Assembly (NCBI GenBank): GCA_030704615.1
Contig: CM060732.1
Coordinates: forward strand, 80,352,001-80,416,000
Reading direction: 5' to 3'
Origin: Takakia lepidozioides
Lineage: Eukaryota; Plantae; Bryophyta
DNA length: 64,000 bases
Positions 51,168 through 62,685 of the stretch are shown here, piece after piece. The notes beneath the pieces are model-generated. The model was given only the letters and a program-made list of their open reading frames with translations. It had not been told where the DNA came from and made no database searches. The stretch's first letter is position 1. Every line of letters starts with the position of its first letter. A program made the translations under genes and the position numbers.

Positions 51168-54100
51168 ATGGGGCGCTCTAGGAAGACAACCAAGGGCAAC
51201 AACTTCAACTTGAGAGTTTCTAATCGGTTTGATGCTCTGGATGAGGTTGAATCCAAACAGCCAGAAGGACAAGATGCCCCTAAGTGTACGGAACCTGAAC
51301 GTCCTGAATCTGAAGGATTTGGTACTCTGAATGGTTTACTAATCCTCAAGGTTTACACAAGACGAACAAATTCTATACACGGGGTGATTGTCCCCAAGCC
51401 GTCAGATGGACAATCTGTCTCTAAGTGTGCAGAGCCTGAACGTCGTGTAACTGAAGGATTTGGTACTCTAAATGGCTTACCAATCCTCAAAGTCTACACA
51501 AGACGAGCAAAATCTATACACGGGGTAATTGTCCCCAAGCAGTCTGACGGACAATCTGCCCCTATGTGTGCGGAGCCTGTGCGTCGTGTAACTGAAAGAT
51601 TTGGTACCCTGAATGGTTTACCAATTCTCAAAGTTTACACAAGACGAGCAAAATCTACACATGGGGTAACTGTCCCCCCTTTGCAGAACGGTTGGCCGTC
51701 CAGGAGCAATCACAAGCTACCTAGACGACAAACAATTCACACGCAAAGGGCTGGCTTGCGGCTGGCCACTTTCAACTTCTCAGGGTTGACGAACCAAAGG
51801 AAACAACTTGAAGTGGGACAAGTTCTTCGGACTAATGATATTCATATCTGTGCTGGGCAAGAAACATGGGAAACGTCGGATAAACTGGTTGGAGATGTCA
51901 TTGGTTATAAATGGGCAGGTAAGATGTGTACTCTCAAGGCAGCCTCTGCCAAACGCGGTCAAAAAGGGGTCGGATTCTTTGTCCGTGATTTCTTGTTTGA
52001 CAATTGTGAAATTATCAACAAGGGTTTGAGGTACGAGCATAGTATCTGGCTAAAACTGAATTTGAAGGGCGGCATGAGTACAAAGGACCTCTTTGTTGGT
52101 TGTGTTTACATGCCCACAGAGGGGACCCTTAGTGCTGACGCAGACAAGGCCTTCGAAGATGTAAAACTGGACTGTGCTTCGTTCCTTGCCAAAGGTCAGG
52201 TGGTACTATTGGGGGACTTCAATGCCCGGGTGGGCAAAGGGATCCATCAGGACGATATCATTGGACCTTTTGGTGAGGACGAGCTGAATTCTAATGGCAG
52301 ACGGTTAATTAACTGTCTAGAAGAGCTTCAGCTTTTGACCTTGAATAACAGGACAAGAGGTGACCAAGTGCAGTGGACTCGTGAGAAATCCCAAACTGGG
52401 GAACGTTCCATTGTGGACTATATCATAATGGACAAAATTTTGTTCCCCCAGTGTGCCAATGTGTTGATCGACAGAACTGATATTGGTACCTCTGACCACT
52501 TCCTGGTTTGGACTGAGATCAAAAGGTGTTTTCCCACCACCAAGAGATCTGTGAAACGTTCGATTCGGAAGTGGCGCATAGAAAAATTCCACAATGAGGA
52601 GGTCAAGGCTGAGTACGTCCAGGCCTTGCAAGAGGCTCTCCCTCATTTTGTCCAATCACTCCAAGAACTTCAGTCACGCTCTGTTAACGCAAGAAATGAA
52701 GTCGAAAGAGCAGTGGACTCTTGGGAGAGTTTCGTTTCCTCCGTGGCTGACAAGATCATTGGGAGGAAACTAATTGTCTGCGGTAGAGCAGTTAATTGGT
52801 GGACTAATGAGATTAAACTCAAGATAGCTGAGAGACGAGCCCTCTATAAAGAGTGCTGCAATTTGGAAACCAACAGAGAATTGTGGGCGAGGTACTACCA
52901 GCTCCGTAAAGATATCAATCAGCTTGTTAGGTCTCAGAAGAAATTATACTGGGACAAGTTATGCAGTGAAATAAACTCAAACCACCATGGTGGTAATGAC
53001 AAGAAATTCTGGTTGGCCCTTCAACATTTGTACAAGCCGAAAAACGGTCAGCAAGTACAAGTGCTGAAGACTACTAAAGGTGCAGTGGTGACTTCATCGG
53101 TTGACATTGTCAAAACCTTTGAAACTCACTACAGTATCCTTGGCAGAACTTCTAGGTCTAACAGTGAGGGGTCTTCTGCTGAATGGAGGGACACAGTTGG
53201 AAAAACTGTTCCTACGATTCAAAACAGCCCTGATGAACTGGAGTATATTTCAATGGCTTATAATGAACCCATTAGTTCTTCTGAGATTGTGGAAGCAATT
53301 GAACATTTAAATGGATATAAAGCTGGTGGACCTGATGGTATTGTCAACGAGCTTATCAAGCACGGTGGCGATCCCATGATAGAGGCCCTAGTTCTCCTCT
53401 TTAACCTTATCTGGAAGACTGAAATGATCCCCTTTCGCTGGCGACAGGGGGTCATTGTCAATCTATACAAGAAGGGTGACAGAGAAGAACCGGGGAAATA
53501 CCGTGGCATCACGCTCCTCAATGCTGTTGGCAAGACATTCTGCAGAGTTATAAGTACTCGTCTCGAGGTTGATCTGGAGTCTAGAGGTTGTTTCCACGAA
53601 GGCCAAGCTGGCTTTCGGCGAAACAGGGGCTGTGTGGATCATATCTTCACTCTAAGCCAGATTATCCAGGGAAGGAAAAAAGAAAGGAAACCCACTTATG
53701 TCTTTTTCCTGGATGTCAAAAAGGCTTATGACACAGTGTGGAGAGATGGCCTATGGTTCCGCCTCTGGTCTTGTGGGATCAAGGGAAAGATGTGCAGAGT
53801 TGTCCACAACTTGTATGCTCACACCAAAAGCTGTGTCACTGTTAACGGACAGAAGTCCAACTTCTTTGACATAGACCAAGGTGTAGCTCAAGGATGTACT
53901 CTCTCCCCTCTGCTCTTCAATGTTTTCATCAATCAACTCCTCGAGGATGTGGAAAGTGAGGGATTTGGGTTAAGGGTGGGTGATACCACCATACCAGCCC
54001 TTATGTTTGCGGATGACTTCGCAGGCATAGGGGAGACTCCAACCAATCTCCAGGAGTTGATTGATTGCGCGAAGAGATACTTGGATCTTTGGGGGCTAGA

Positions 54101-55349
54101 GGCTAATGTCAGCAAATGTGCAGTGGTAGCATTCAACGACAGAGGAGAGGGAGGAAGTGATCTTAAGTGGCAGTGGGGTAGTCAAGAGATCCCGGTCCTC
54201 CCTTCCTACACTTACCTGGGCGTTGAGTTCTCCTCCAATTGTAATTGGGATGCACATATCCGGAAAGTTGTTCAAACTGGCAAGGGCAAAGCTCTGGGGC
54301 TCACTAAATTTTTCCACTGCAGAGGGGTCAACTCTGAGGTTAAGAAAACCATGCTTTGTCGCGTTATTAGACCTGCCTTGGAGTACGGATCTGCTATATG
54401 GATTGATAACTCCAACCAGGCTAAGTCTCTAGAATCCATTCAAGTGGGGGTGCTTAAGGAGTGTATGTGAGCATGCTCCAAAACAGCCAATGTGGTTGTT
54501 CGGGGTGAGTTTGGCATTCCGTCCTTAAGCTCCCAACGAGATGAATTCAAGGTCAGATGGTGGGGTCAGCTGCAACATATGCCCAACACCAGATATCCTA
54601 AGTTAATCGACTCTATATCTTGGAAACAGGACAGCCCTGTCAAACAGGCTAAGTCCTGGCAGAAGAGAGTAGAAGAGATCCTCAAGGACCTGGACCTGGA
54701 TCCGCAAGTCTTGACCCTGCTGGATAAATCTGACTTAGAGGCTGTAGTGTCCTCAGCCATGTCTGTTGCCATGAGATTGTCTGATGAAAATGAAGTTAGG
54801 CAGAAAACTTCCCTGAACTTGTTTCCAGTCTGTGACATGGGGGAGGACATCTTGGATGACCTCAAGGGTCTACCCACTCTCGGCACTAGACTGAAATTTA
54901 AACTCAGGGCAGGAAACCTACCTTTGAACAGCAAACAGAAGCAGAGAGGAAAGGGAGAGTGCAATTGCCCGTTGTGTGGGCAATCTGAAGACAGTATTCA
55001 TTTTCTGATACACTGTCCGGGGTTCTCTCACCAAAGAGACTCTCTCTTCAAATCTATTAAGGGTATTGTGCCTGTACCCCTGTTTACCAACTTTGAAAGT
55101 CTCGAGGCTGAGCCAAAAGCCCAGGCCCTCCTGAGGCCTAGTTTTTGGGCAAATCACACACAGCAGATTGATGCTTGTGTGAAGGGATTTCTAGAGGATA
55201 TCTGGAAAACCCAGATTAATTCTATATATGGAGGTAAGTCTTACTACCAACGTCAGCCCCTGACAGAGGTAGGTTCTGTCCCTTTTGTTCCCGCTCAAAC
55301 TGGGCGCGGGGTCAATGGCCACAAGGCTATGGCAAACAACGTCTTATGA
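51168..55349 (+). CDS. LINE polyprotein (endonuclease-reverse transcriptase), in-frame stop at 54468
   Basis: APE motifs GQETW, LGDFNARVG, VDYI and SDH; RT motifs QAGFR, DVKKAYDTV, GVAQGCTLSPLLF, FADD and YLG; then RPALEYG, VRGEFG and CPLC...E...H....C. Confidence 0.92.
51267..51680 (+). repeat. Three tandem 141-bp (47-aa) coding repeats in the LINE N-terminus
   Basis: Units start at about 51267, 51408 and 51549; each encodes GFGTLNGL.ILKVYTRR. Confidence 0.9.
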
Positions 55350-55829
55350 GTACAATCTCTCTGTCCATCCGCTCAAACTGGGCACGGGGTCAATGGCCAC
55401 AAGGCTACGGCAAACAACGTCTTATGAGTACATTCTCTCTCTGTCCAACCAAGAGGTGGTTGTGAACTGTAGGTTAAATGAGCTCAGAAAAAGGGAATGC
55501 ACAGGCCTTCTCTGTGCAGATAGCACTTAAATCCGAGTGCAATGCTACAGGATTTCTTATGGACCAAAGGCCTTGTTGTAGTGACAATAATACTATCTTG
55601 GACATGTTTCACTCATTGGGAGACTCTTGAAACAATATCAAAAGCTGCGACCCTCCTTGAGTTTACGACGGGTGAATTCTTGAATTCTTGAATGAATTGA
55701 CTCTGGAGGTAAAATCTAAAAAAACCTCCAGGAGAAAATTTGGAAACAGAATAAACATATCTCAAAGGAGGGTCCAATTACTGGATCGCCTAAGCAATGG
55801 AAAATGCCATAAAAATTCTGGACATGACA

Positions 55830-56909
55830 AGTCCTTGGCCCTTTCGGGTAGGCGGGTACTACAAGCCTTCTGCCCCACGTGGTGGCCCCATTCTTCTCTT
55901 CTCCCATGGCCCCTCCCTCTCTCTTCCCGCTCTTTCTGCTCCACTAAAACCAAGGGGTGGGGCTATAGCCTCAAAGCGATTGGACATAAAGTGTTGTTAC
56001 TGCACCTGCCGTTCCCACACACATCCACACATAACAGCCGGCAGAAAGTTTCTTTTCTTCTACCATGCATTCCTACTGATAACTGTAAATTCTATGTGCT
56101 ATCCCTGTGCTATCAGTATGTGTTGACTACTGATAATTCACTAATATCAAGCAGTCGCAGTAGGACTTGTGAGTGCTACTTGACTTCTGTTCACACAGAA
56201 GCAACATCTCAGGATGTCCTTGATTGATGACCCAAAAATGCTGAGAAAAATGATCTGAGGCTGGTTTCTCATTGTTTCAGGTATGAAGTTTCATGCCTTG
56301 AGCTTTGTTTTCCTTAATGTCCCGGGAATTTCATCACTGCAGTGGCATCCCTTCAGTGTGTTGTCCAGCCCTTATGATGGCGATGACCATCTGAAGTTGT
56401 TGGTGAAACCTCTTGGAGAATGGAGCAACAAGCTGAAACATGCAGTAACTGCTGCGGTGAAACCAGCACCCTGCCCTTTTGCTCTGCTGATGGTTGTGGA
56501 GGGCTCTATGGATCCAACTACTTTCTAGAGTGAGTTTTTCGCCTTTCTGGCATATTGACAAATGATCTCAAGATGTAGTCTTTGCTGATATATCTGGAGG
56601 CTTGCAGTTGAATTTATTGTCGATAGATTTAAATCCCAAGTTATGCAGATGTGCTTACACTAGCAGGCTGAGAGAGGTTTAGAGCATTACATGTGGTGCT
56701 TTACAGTTTGAAGTTGTTAACTGTGTGAGTTTCTTGTCAGGTACTTTTAATTATCACCATCCGTAAATGCTGGATATGTATATTACCCTGAAGGCCTTAC
56801 GCCCCAATGTATGGACTTCGATACAGCAGTCAATCCCTGAGAAATAGGATGACTGTCCTGAAAACTAGGAGACGTAGCTTAGGTGAATTATGGAGAGCTG
56901 CAGGTGGGG

Positions 56910-56943
<34 letters not shown>

Positions 56944-57720
56944 GTGACAGGCACATCGGGTGATGTGGGCAGGTACAAAGTCCTGATGCTGGTAGAGGGA
57001 GGCATTGGCGTGTCGCCTTTTGTGGCCATCCTTCGCGTCCTGTTCCAACGGTACCAAAGGCAGGAGGCCTCTCTTCCAAATGACATAAATCTAATCTGGG
57101 CTGTCAAAACGTCCCAAGAACTTCACCAATTTGTCCTGGTTATGATCTGAAGCTCTGTCTGAATTTGCATGTATTCGTTACTCAAGGACTCGAGACCAGT
57201 TTGCAACGTGAGCCTCAACATCTTGACACTTTCAAGAGTTCCCCCATCCTGTCCTCTCTGTACAAAGTAGAGGCCTCAAAGAAGCCAATATGTGTTTTAG
57301 TTGGCACAGGAAGTAATGTGTGGATCAGCATGTGTATGGGTGCCTCAATACTTGGATACGTTATTGTTACATGTTTCATAGGACATTATTATTTGGAACC
57401 TCATGACCACAATACCTATGTGGTGGTTCCGTGGTGGGTGAGGGGTGTCCTAGTTGTAGTAAGCATGGAATTAGGTGTCGTGCTTTTTGGGCAATTGCAG
57501 TGTGGAAGGCCAATCTAGACCAATCTAGCAGGGGAAGCAACAGAAGTGATGTGGGCTCTAAGCTGGATGGATCGAAGACCGCACCACTGCTCTCGAATGT
57601 GGAAGATGATGGCAATGTGCTTGCCAGTGACAGTGGTGGCAATGATAAATTGGTGCATCCAGCCAACACGCACTTTGGGTATAGGCCCGACATGAAAGGT
57701 TCTCCCTCTCTCACACTAAC
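55830..57720 (+). pseudogene. FRO: Ferric-chelate reductase (FRO) C-terminal remnant
   Basis: FAD motif LQWHPFSVLSSP...VEG, NAD motif GGIGVSPF, LIWAVK and FGYRPD. Multiple stops and frameshifts; N-terminal exons not recognisable. Confidence 0.85.
56912..56941 (+). repeat. (TA)n microsatellite
   Basis: Directly visible, in a FRO intron. Confidence 0.95.
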
Positions 57721-58976
57721 AGTGAATAAATTTCCAGGTTGATTCTAGGTTCATGTACACAAGCCATTGTGCAGATCCAGTTAATGTTAGCTATGCTTTT
57801 TGAAGCATCTTTTGCGAAGAAAACCAATAGGTTGCCAGCTGATGTATAAATCTGTCTTGGTTTTGCTTGTATGCAAGAGCAGTTCACAGACACGTTGTGG
57901 TTCTTGCAGTTATGTAGGCCAGTGCACCACTGAACTCGACCACTGATTCTGATTCAGTATTTACCTGAGTCTATCAAGAGTACGTCCTCATGAGCGTGCA
58001 ACCCTTGAGATGACCTTAGTTATGAATCAGGCTAATTTCCGAATTCCACAGGGGTTTCATGCATGAAGATGTTATTTCTTCCTATGATGCTGCACTGACT
58101 GCGATGTCTCGCAAGGTTTCATACTTCCAGGACCCAGAGAGGAAAAAGTGGAGGAGCCCCAACCTCTTCACTAAAAACAAAGCATAGTTTGCAATGCCAA
58201 CCAGAATCTAGACCAGGAGTGCATTTCTTTGGCAAACAAATAACCAGTTCTGCTTCAGGAAACTGCCCTGCTTTGGTTAGAGCCACATCCATCTTTGACC
58301 ACACCCTCTTCCTTCCTCTTCCTTCTCTACACTGCAACCAGCATTCTTGGAGGGGAGTGGGTACACTATGAAGAATAACAAACCCATCCGGAACAAGCTC
58401 TCTATGTATTTCATTGTGGGATTACTGAGAGGCTTCTTTGTCCTCATGCAGACGCGTGTGACACATAGGATTGCAACGTTCCAGTTGGGACTAAATGACT
58501 AAACTGATCACAGAACGTTCTTGCCAGGCAGGCTCACATTAATCATCGTTGCACTTACTCCAAGATCCTCAAACAACTTGTGGAGCATGATTTTGTATGC
58601 AGCTGCCTCCGCTGTGGCTGTCTCCAAGTAAAGGTCCTTGTCCAGTCCTCAAACAGCTGCAATTTGACTGTAGTCCAGTTCTTCTGGCAAGAATGGCCAC
58701 CTAAATTGGATTTGAAAATTTCACCATCGATTATCTTTGAGCAGTGAAACTCTCAAAATCCTCTGCAATCAGGTTTCCTGCAACTTTGCTGGAAATTATG
58801 ATTTCCTCATCATAATCACCCTGGGCAGCTCAGACAGCATTGGGTACTGACTGCTGGTTTCAACAAATCATTTTCTTTTACCTCCGCTTGTTGCTTAACA
58901 GAAGCGGGAGAAATCACAACCTTTCCACTACCCCAAATGAAGCGTTGCACTTTGTTCATGCCTCCTGCTTGTTTGC

Positions 58977-59200
58977 CCTGTAATCCCCACAAGAACAATC
59001 ACCATCTTGGAATTGGGGGAAGTGGTTGGCATCCTGTACAACAATGTCTCGCCCAAGTGGTGGGAAGGAGAAACTTCCTTTTACTCCTCCCCATCATGCA
59101 ATATAAAGCATGTGTCAGGCATGTACCCAGCCTCTTTCATCTGCCCAGACAATATCCTCAGCTGAGCATGGAATTCTTTGAATTCGTAGGCATGAACTGG
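58977..59200 (-). pseudogene. Relic DYW deaminase domain, out of frame with the PPR ORF
   Basis: Shifted frames read QMKEAGYMPDTCFILHDGEE*KE...HH and DIVVQDANHFPQFQDGDCSCGDYR. The HSE...CxxCH core is missing. Confidence 0.8.
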
Positions 59201-62073
59201 TCTACATTGAAAGGATGCAGACGGTTGTTCACCACAATGCAGCGGCGACATGGCTTCTCTCTGATACTTACGTCCTTCATCATTTTTCTCACCTTTGCAG
59301 TATCATCCCACCTGCCAGCCGCCGCATAGATGTTCAATAGTAGCACATAAGTTGCAGCATCCTGTGGATCCCTCTTGAGAAGGCATTTAGCTGCACGTTC
59401 TGCTGCCTCCACATCCCCATGAACTCTGCATGCACCAAGCAAGGCCCCCCAAACAGTAGCATCTGGGTTGATTGGCATGTTGTTGATGAAGTTCTCTGCC
59501 TCATCCAATCGCCCTGCACGGCCAAGAAGGTCCACCATGCAGGCAAAATGCTCCATTGTAGGAGTGAGACCATGGTCAGAAGCCATGGAATCAAAGTAGT
59601 GACAGCCTTCATCCACTAGACCCACATGGCTACATGCAGAGAGGAGACATATGAAGGTGACAACGTTTGGCTTCAGGTCTTCCAGTTGCAATTGCTCAAA
59701 TAGTTGCAGGGCTTCGAAACCCCGCCCATGTTGACCATAACCTGCAATCATCACATTCCATGAGACCACATTTCGTTCACGCGCATTGTCAAACACTTGA
59801 CATGCATCCTTCATGCTTCCGCATTTGGCATACATATCAGCAAGGGCAGTCTCCAGATTGATATCTGGCACTATTCCAGCTTTGATAACGTCTGCATGGA
59901 CCTCTTTGCCCTTCTCCAGGGCTGCCAGGCTGGCACATGCATTGAGAATGCAAATAAATGTGACCCTGTCCGGCATCATTCCTTCCCGGATCATATGCTC
60001 ATACATCTCAAAAGTCTCCCTACCACATGCATGCTGCGCGTATCCTGCAATCATCACGTTCCATGAGACCACATCTCGCTTAGCCATACTGTCAAACACT
60101 TCACGCGCATCCCTTATGCTTCCGCATTTGGCATACATGTCAATGAGCGTGTTCTCCAAGAAGATATCTGGTGCAATTCCTGCTTTGATGATGTCAGCAT
60201 GGACATCCATGCCCTTTCGCAGAGCTTCCAGGCTGGCACATGCCTTAAGAACACAAACAAACGTAACCCTGCAGGGCAATACCCTTTCCTGTATCAATAG
60301 CTCATAGGTCTCAAAAGCCTCCCTACCACACCGATGCTGAGCATATCCTCCGATCATTGCATTCCACGACACCACATCTCGCCTACCCATGTGATTGAAC
60401 ACTTGACGTGCATCCTTCATGCTCCCACATTTGGCGTACATATCAATAAGGGTATTCTCCAGCAGAATATCTGGTGGAATTCTAGCTTTGATTATGTCAG
60501 CATGGACCTTTATGCCCTTCTCCAGGGAAACCAGGCTGCCACACGCCCTAAGAACACAAAGGAACGTGACCTTATCGGGCATCACTTCTTTTGCTAACAT
60601 TTGTTCATAGATCTCAAAAGCCTCCCTACCCAACCCATGCTGTGCATATGCTGCCACCATTGTGTTCCATGACACCACATCTCGTTTAATCATATTGTCA
60701 AACACTTTATGCGAATCCCTTATGCTTCCACATTTGGCATACATGTCAATGAGAGCATTCTCCAGAAGAACCCCTGGCACAGGTCCAGCTTTGCCAATTT
60801 CTGCATGGACCTGCATACCTTTTTCCAGGGCTGCCAGGGTGGCACACGCCTTGAGGACAGAAATGAATGTGATGCAGTTGGGCAGGACGCCTTCACGTCT
60901 CATTTGATCATAGGTCTCCAAAGCCTCCTCGCCATAACCATGCTGAGTGTATCCTGTGATCATCGCAGTCCATGACACCACATTGCGTTGAGCCATATAG
61001 TCGAACACTAGACGTGCATCCCTCATACTTCTGCATTTGGCATACATGCTGACAAGGGCAGTCTCCAGAATGACATCTGGCACAATTCCCGCTTTGATAA
61101 TGTCAGCATGGACCTCTTTGCCCTTTTCCAGGTCTTCCAGGTTGACACATGCATTGAGAATGCAAATGAACGTGACTCTGTTGGGCATCACCTCTTCCTG
61201 TATCATTTGCTTGTACATCTTGAAAGCCTCCCTGCCATACCCATGCTGCGCATGCCCTGCAATCATGGCGTTCCATGACACCACATTTGGCTTCAAGCCC
61301 TCCTGTTGCATCCGTTCAAATAGTTGCAGGGCCTCCCTACTACACCCATTCTGAGCATATCCTGATATCATTGCACTCCATGAGACCACGTCTCTGTCAG
61401 CCATTTTATCAAATACTTGGCGTGCCTCCAATACACTCCCACATTTGGCATACATGTTGACAAGGGTATTCTCCAGTATGATATCTGGAGTCATTCTAGC
61501 TTTGATTATGCCAGTGTGGACCTCTCTGCCTTGTTGCAGAGCAGCCAGGCTGGCGCATGCCTTGAGAACACACATGAATGTGACTCTAGTGGGCATTACT
61601 TCTTCACATACCATTTGCTCATAGATCTCTAGTGCCTCCCTACCAAACCCATGTTTGGCATATCCTGTCATCATTATAGTCCAGGTAAACACATCGCGTT
61701 CAGGCATTTTGTCAAACACTCGCCGTGCATCTACTACACTTCCGCACTTGGCATACATACTGACGAGTGTATTGAATAGAAAAATGTTTGGCTTGAACCC
61801 ATTTAAGATAATGTGAGCATGCACCTGCTTTCCCTCCCATAGGCCTTCAATCTCGATGCACTCCTGCAAGAGACTGACATAAGTATTGGAGTTTGGGCTG
61901 GTGCCTCCTTGGTTCAAGATGTGCAGCGCCTCTTTCAGTCGTCCTGCCTTACAGAGTGTTCTCACATCCCAGGAAGTATTGTTCCTGCCTCCTTCTTTTG
62001 GTCCTCTTTCAAAAGCAGTTGTCACATTGTAAGTGCATGATTCAAGCAACCGTGCCTGATTCAACCCTGCCAT
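59158..62073 (-). CDS. PLS-class PPR protein with E1/E2 domains (organellar RNA-editing factor type)
   Basis: 971-aa uninterrupted ORF of P-L-S triplets (MYAKCGS, DVVSW, VTF..VL.AC.SL), then VWGALLGACRVHG, AATYVLLLNIYAAAGRWDD and a degenerate PG box. The true start may lie in upstream exons. Confidence 0.95.
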   Translation of the reverse strand: MAGLNQARLLESCTYNVTTAFERGPKEGGRNNTSWDVRTLCKAGRLKEALHILNQGGTSPNSNTYVSLLQECIEIEGLWEGKQVHAHIILNGFKPNIFLFNTLVSMYAKCGSVVDARRVFDKMPERDVFTWTIMMTGYAKHGFGREALEIYEQMVCEEVMPTRVTFMCVLKACASLAALQQGREVHTGIIKARMTPDIILENTLVNMYAKCGSVLEARQVFDKMADRDVVSWSAMISGYAQNGCSREALQLFERMQQEGLKPNVVSWNAMIAGHAQHGYGREAFKMYKQMIQEEVMPNRVTFICILNACVNLEDLEKGKEVHADIIKAGIVPDVILETALVSMYAKCRSMRDARLVFDYMAQRNVVSWTAMITGYTQHGYGEEALETYDQMRREGVLPNCITFISVLKACATLAALEKGMQVHAEIGKAGPVPGVLLENALIDMYAKCGSIRDSHKVFDNMIKRDVVSWNTMVAAYAQHGLGREAFEIYEQMLAKEVMPDKVTFLCVLRACGSLVSLEKGIKVHADIIKARIPPDILLENTLIDMYAKCGSMKDARQVFNHMGRRDVVSWNAMIGGYAQHRCGREAFETYELLIQERVLPCRVTFVCVLKACASLEALRKGMDVHADIIKAGIAPDIFLENTLIDMYAKCGSIRDAREVFDSMAKRDVVSWNVMIAGYAQHACGRETFEMYEHMIREGMMPDRVTFICILNACASLAALEKGKEVHADVIKAGIVPDINLETALADMYAKCGSMKDACQVFDNARERNVVSWNVMIAGYGQHGRGFEALQLFEQLQLEDLKPNVVTFICLLSACSHVGLVDEGCHYFDSMASDHGLTPTMEHFACMVDLLGRAGRLDEAENFINNMPINPDATVWGALLGACRVHGDVEAAERAAKCLLKRDPQDAATYVLLLNIYAAAGRWDDTAKVRKMMKDVSIREKPCRRCIVVNNRLHPFNVDQFMPTNSKNSMLS

Positions 62074-62604
62074 CCTGCATGACTGAATCTTTTAGTTACA
62101 ACCCTTAACACTGAAGTCCAAGCTCATATCTCATAACTCTATGTACTCCACAAAGACATCTTCATAAGGACAGGGATCTTGCTACATATTCACGGGGTTA
62201 TTCTGTTGCTTACAAATCCCACATTACATTATGGAGGTGAACGCTTGCAATAATACACCAACTCAGACAGCAAGCTGTAATACCAGTGCTGCCCTTTCTA
62301 TGATGAACTACCAAGAGCATCGTTCGACAACTGTGTTCATCTTTACAGACAGAAAGACTACAGCATAGAACATTTGTGTAAAACTCCCCCTTCTGGTACA
62401 CTCCTATGTGACCCCAAATACAACATGTTCCAATTCTCAAAGTAACTACGCCTTCATTGAACAATGCAAAATGTTTGGAGTATACATTGGATGGCTCAAC
62501 TGTCTCCCATAATGAAAGTTGAAGTGAGATACTTAGCAGATCACCTAATGCATGTTTTCGTGAAAGAAGAGCATTTTTCTGCCAACTTCTGAGGACATGA
62601 CAGA

Positions 62605-62685
62605 CCTTCACCTTATAGCCTCGATTGTCACACCCTTGAGTTGGGTTGGGAACGTATTCGCTCCAAAGCTTCCCCTCCCCAATTC
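62605..62685 (-). pseudogene. Degenerate half PDF-motif exon upstream of the PPR ORF
   Basis: GEGKLWSEYVPNPTQGCDNRGYK. The DNA aligns without gaps to the 47575-47650 PDF exon. Confidence 0.65.

Larger units (their letters stand above)
50962..55433 (+). mobile_element. Single-ORF non-LTR retrotransposon (APE + RT + C-terminal CCHC finger), RTEX-like
   Basis: 14-bp TSD TCTCTCTCTGTCCA at 50948-50961 and 55434-55447. One reading frame runs 50964-55349 with only two stops (~51138, 54468). Confidence 0.9.

Noticed and set aside
59334-62108. Overlapping antisense and alternative-frame ORFs in the PPR gene
   Set aside because: Shadows of the repetitive PPR coding sequence.
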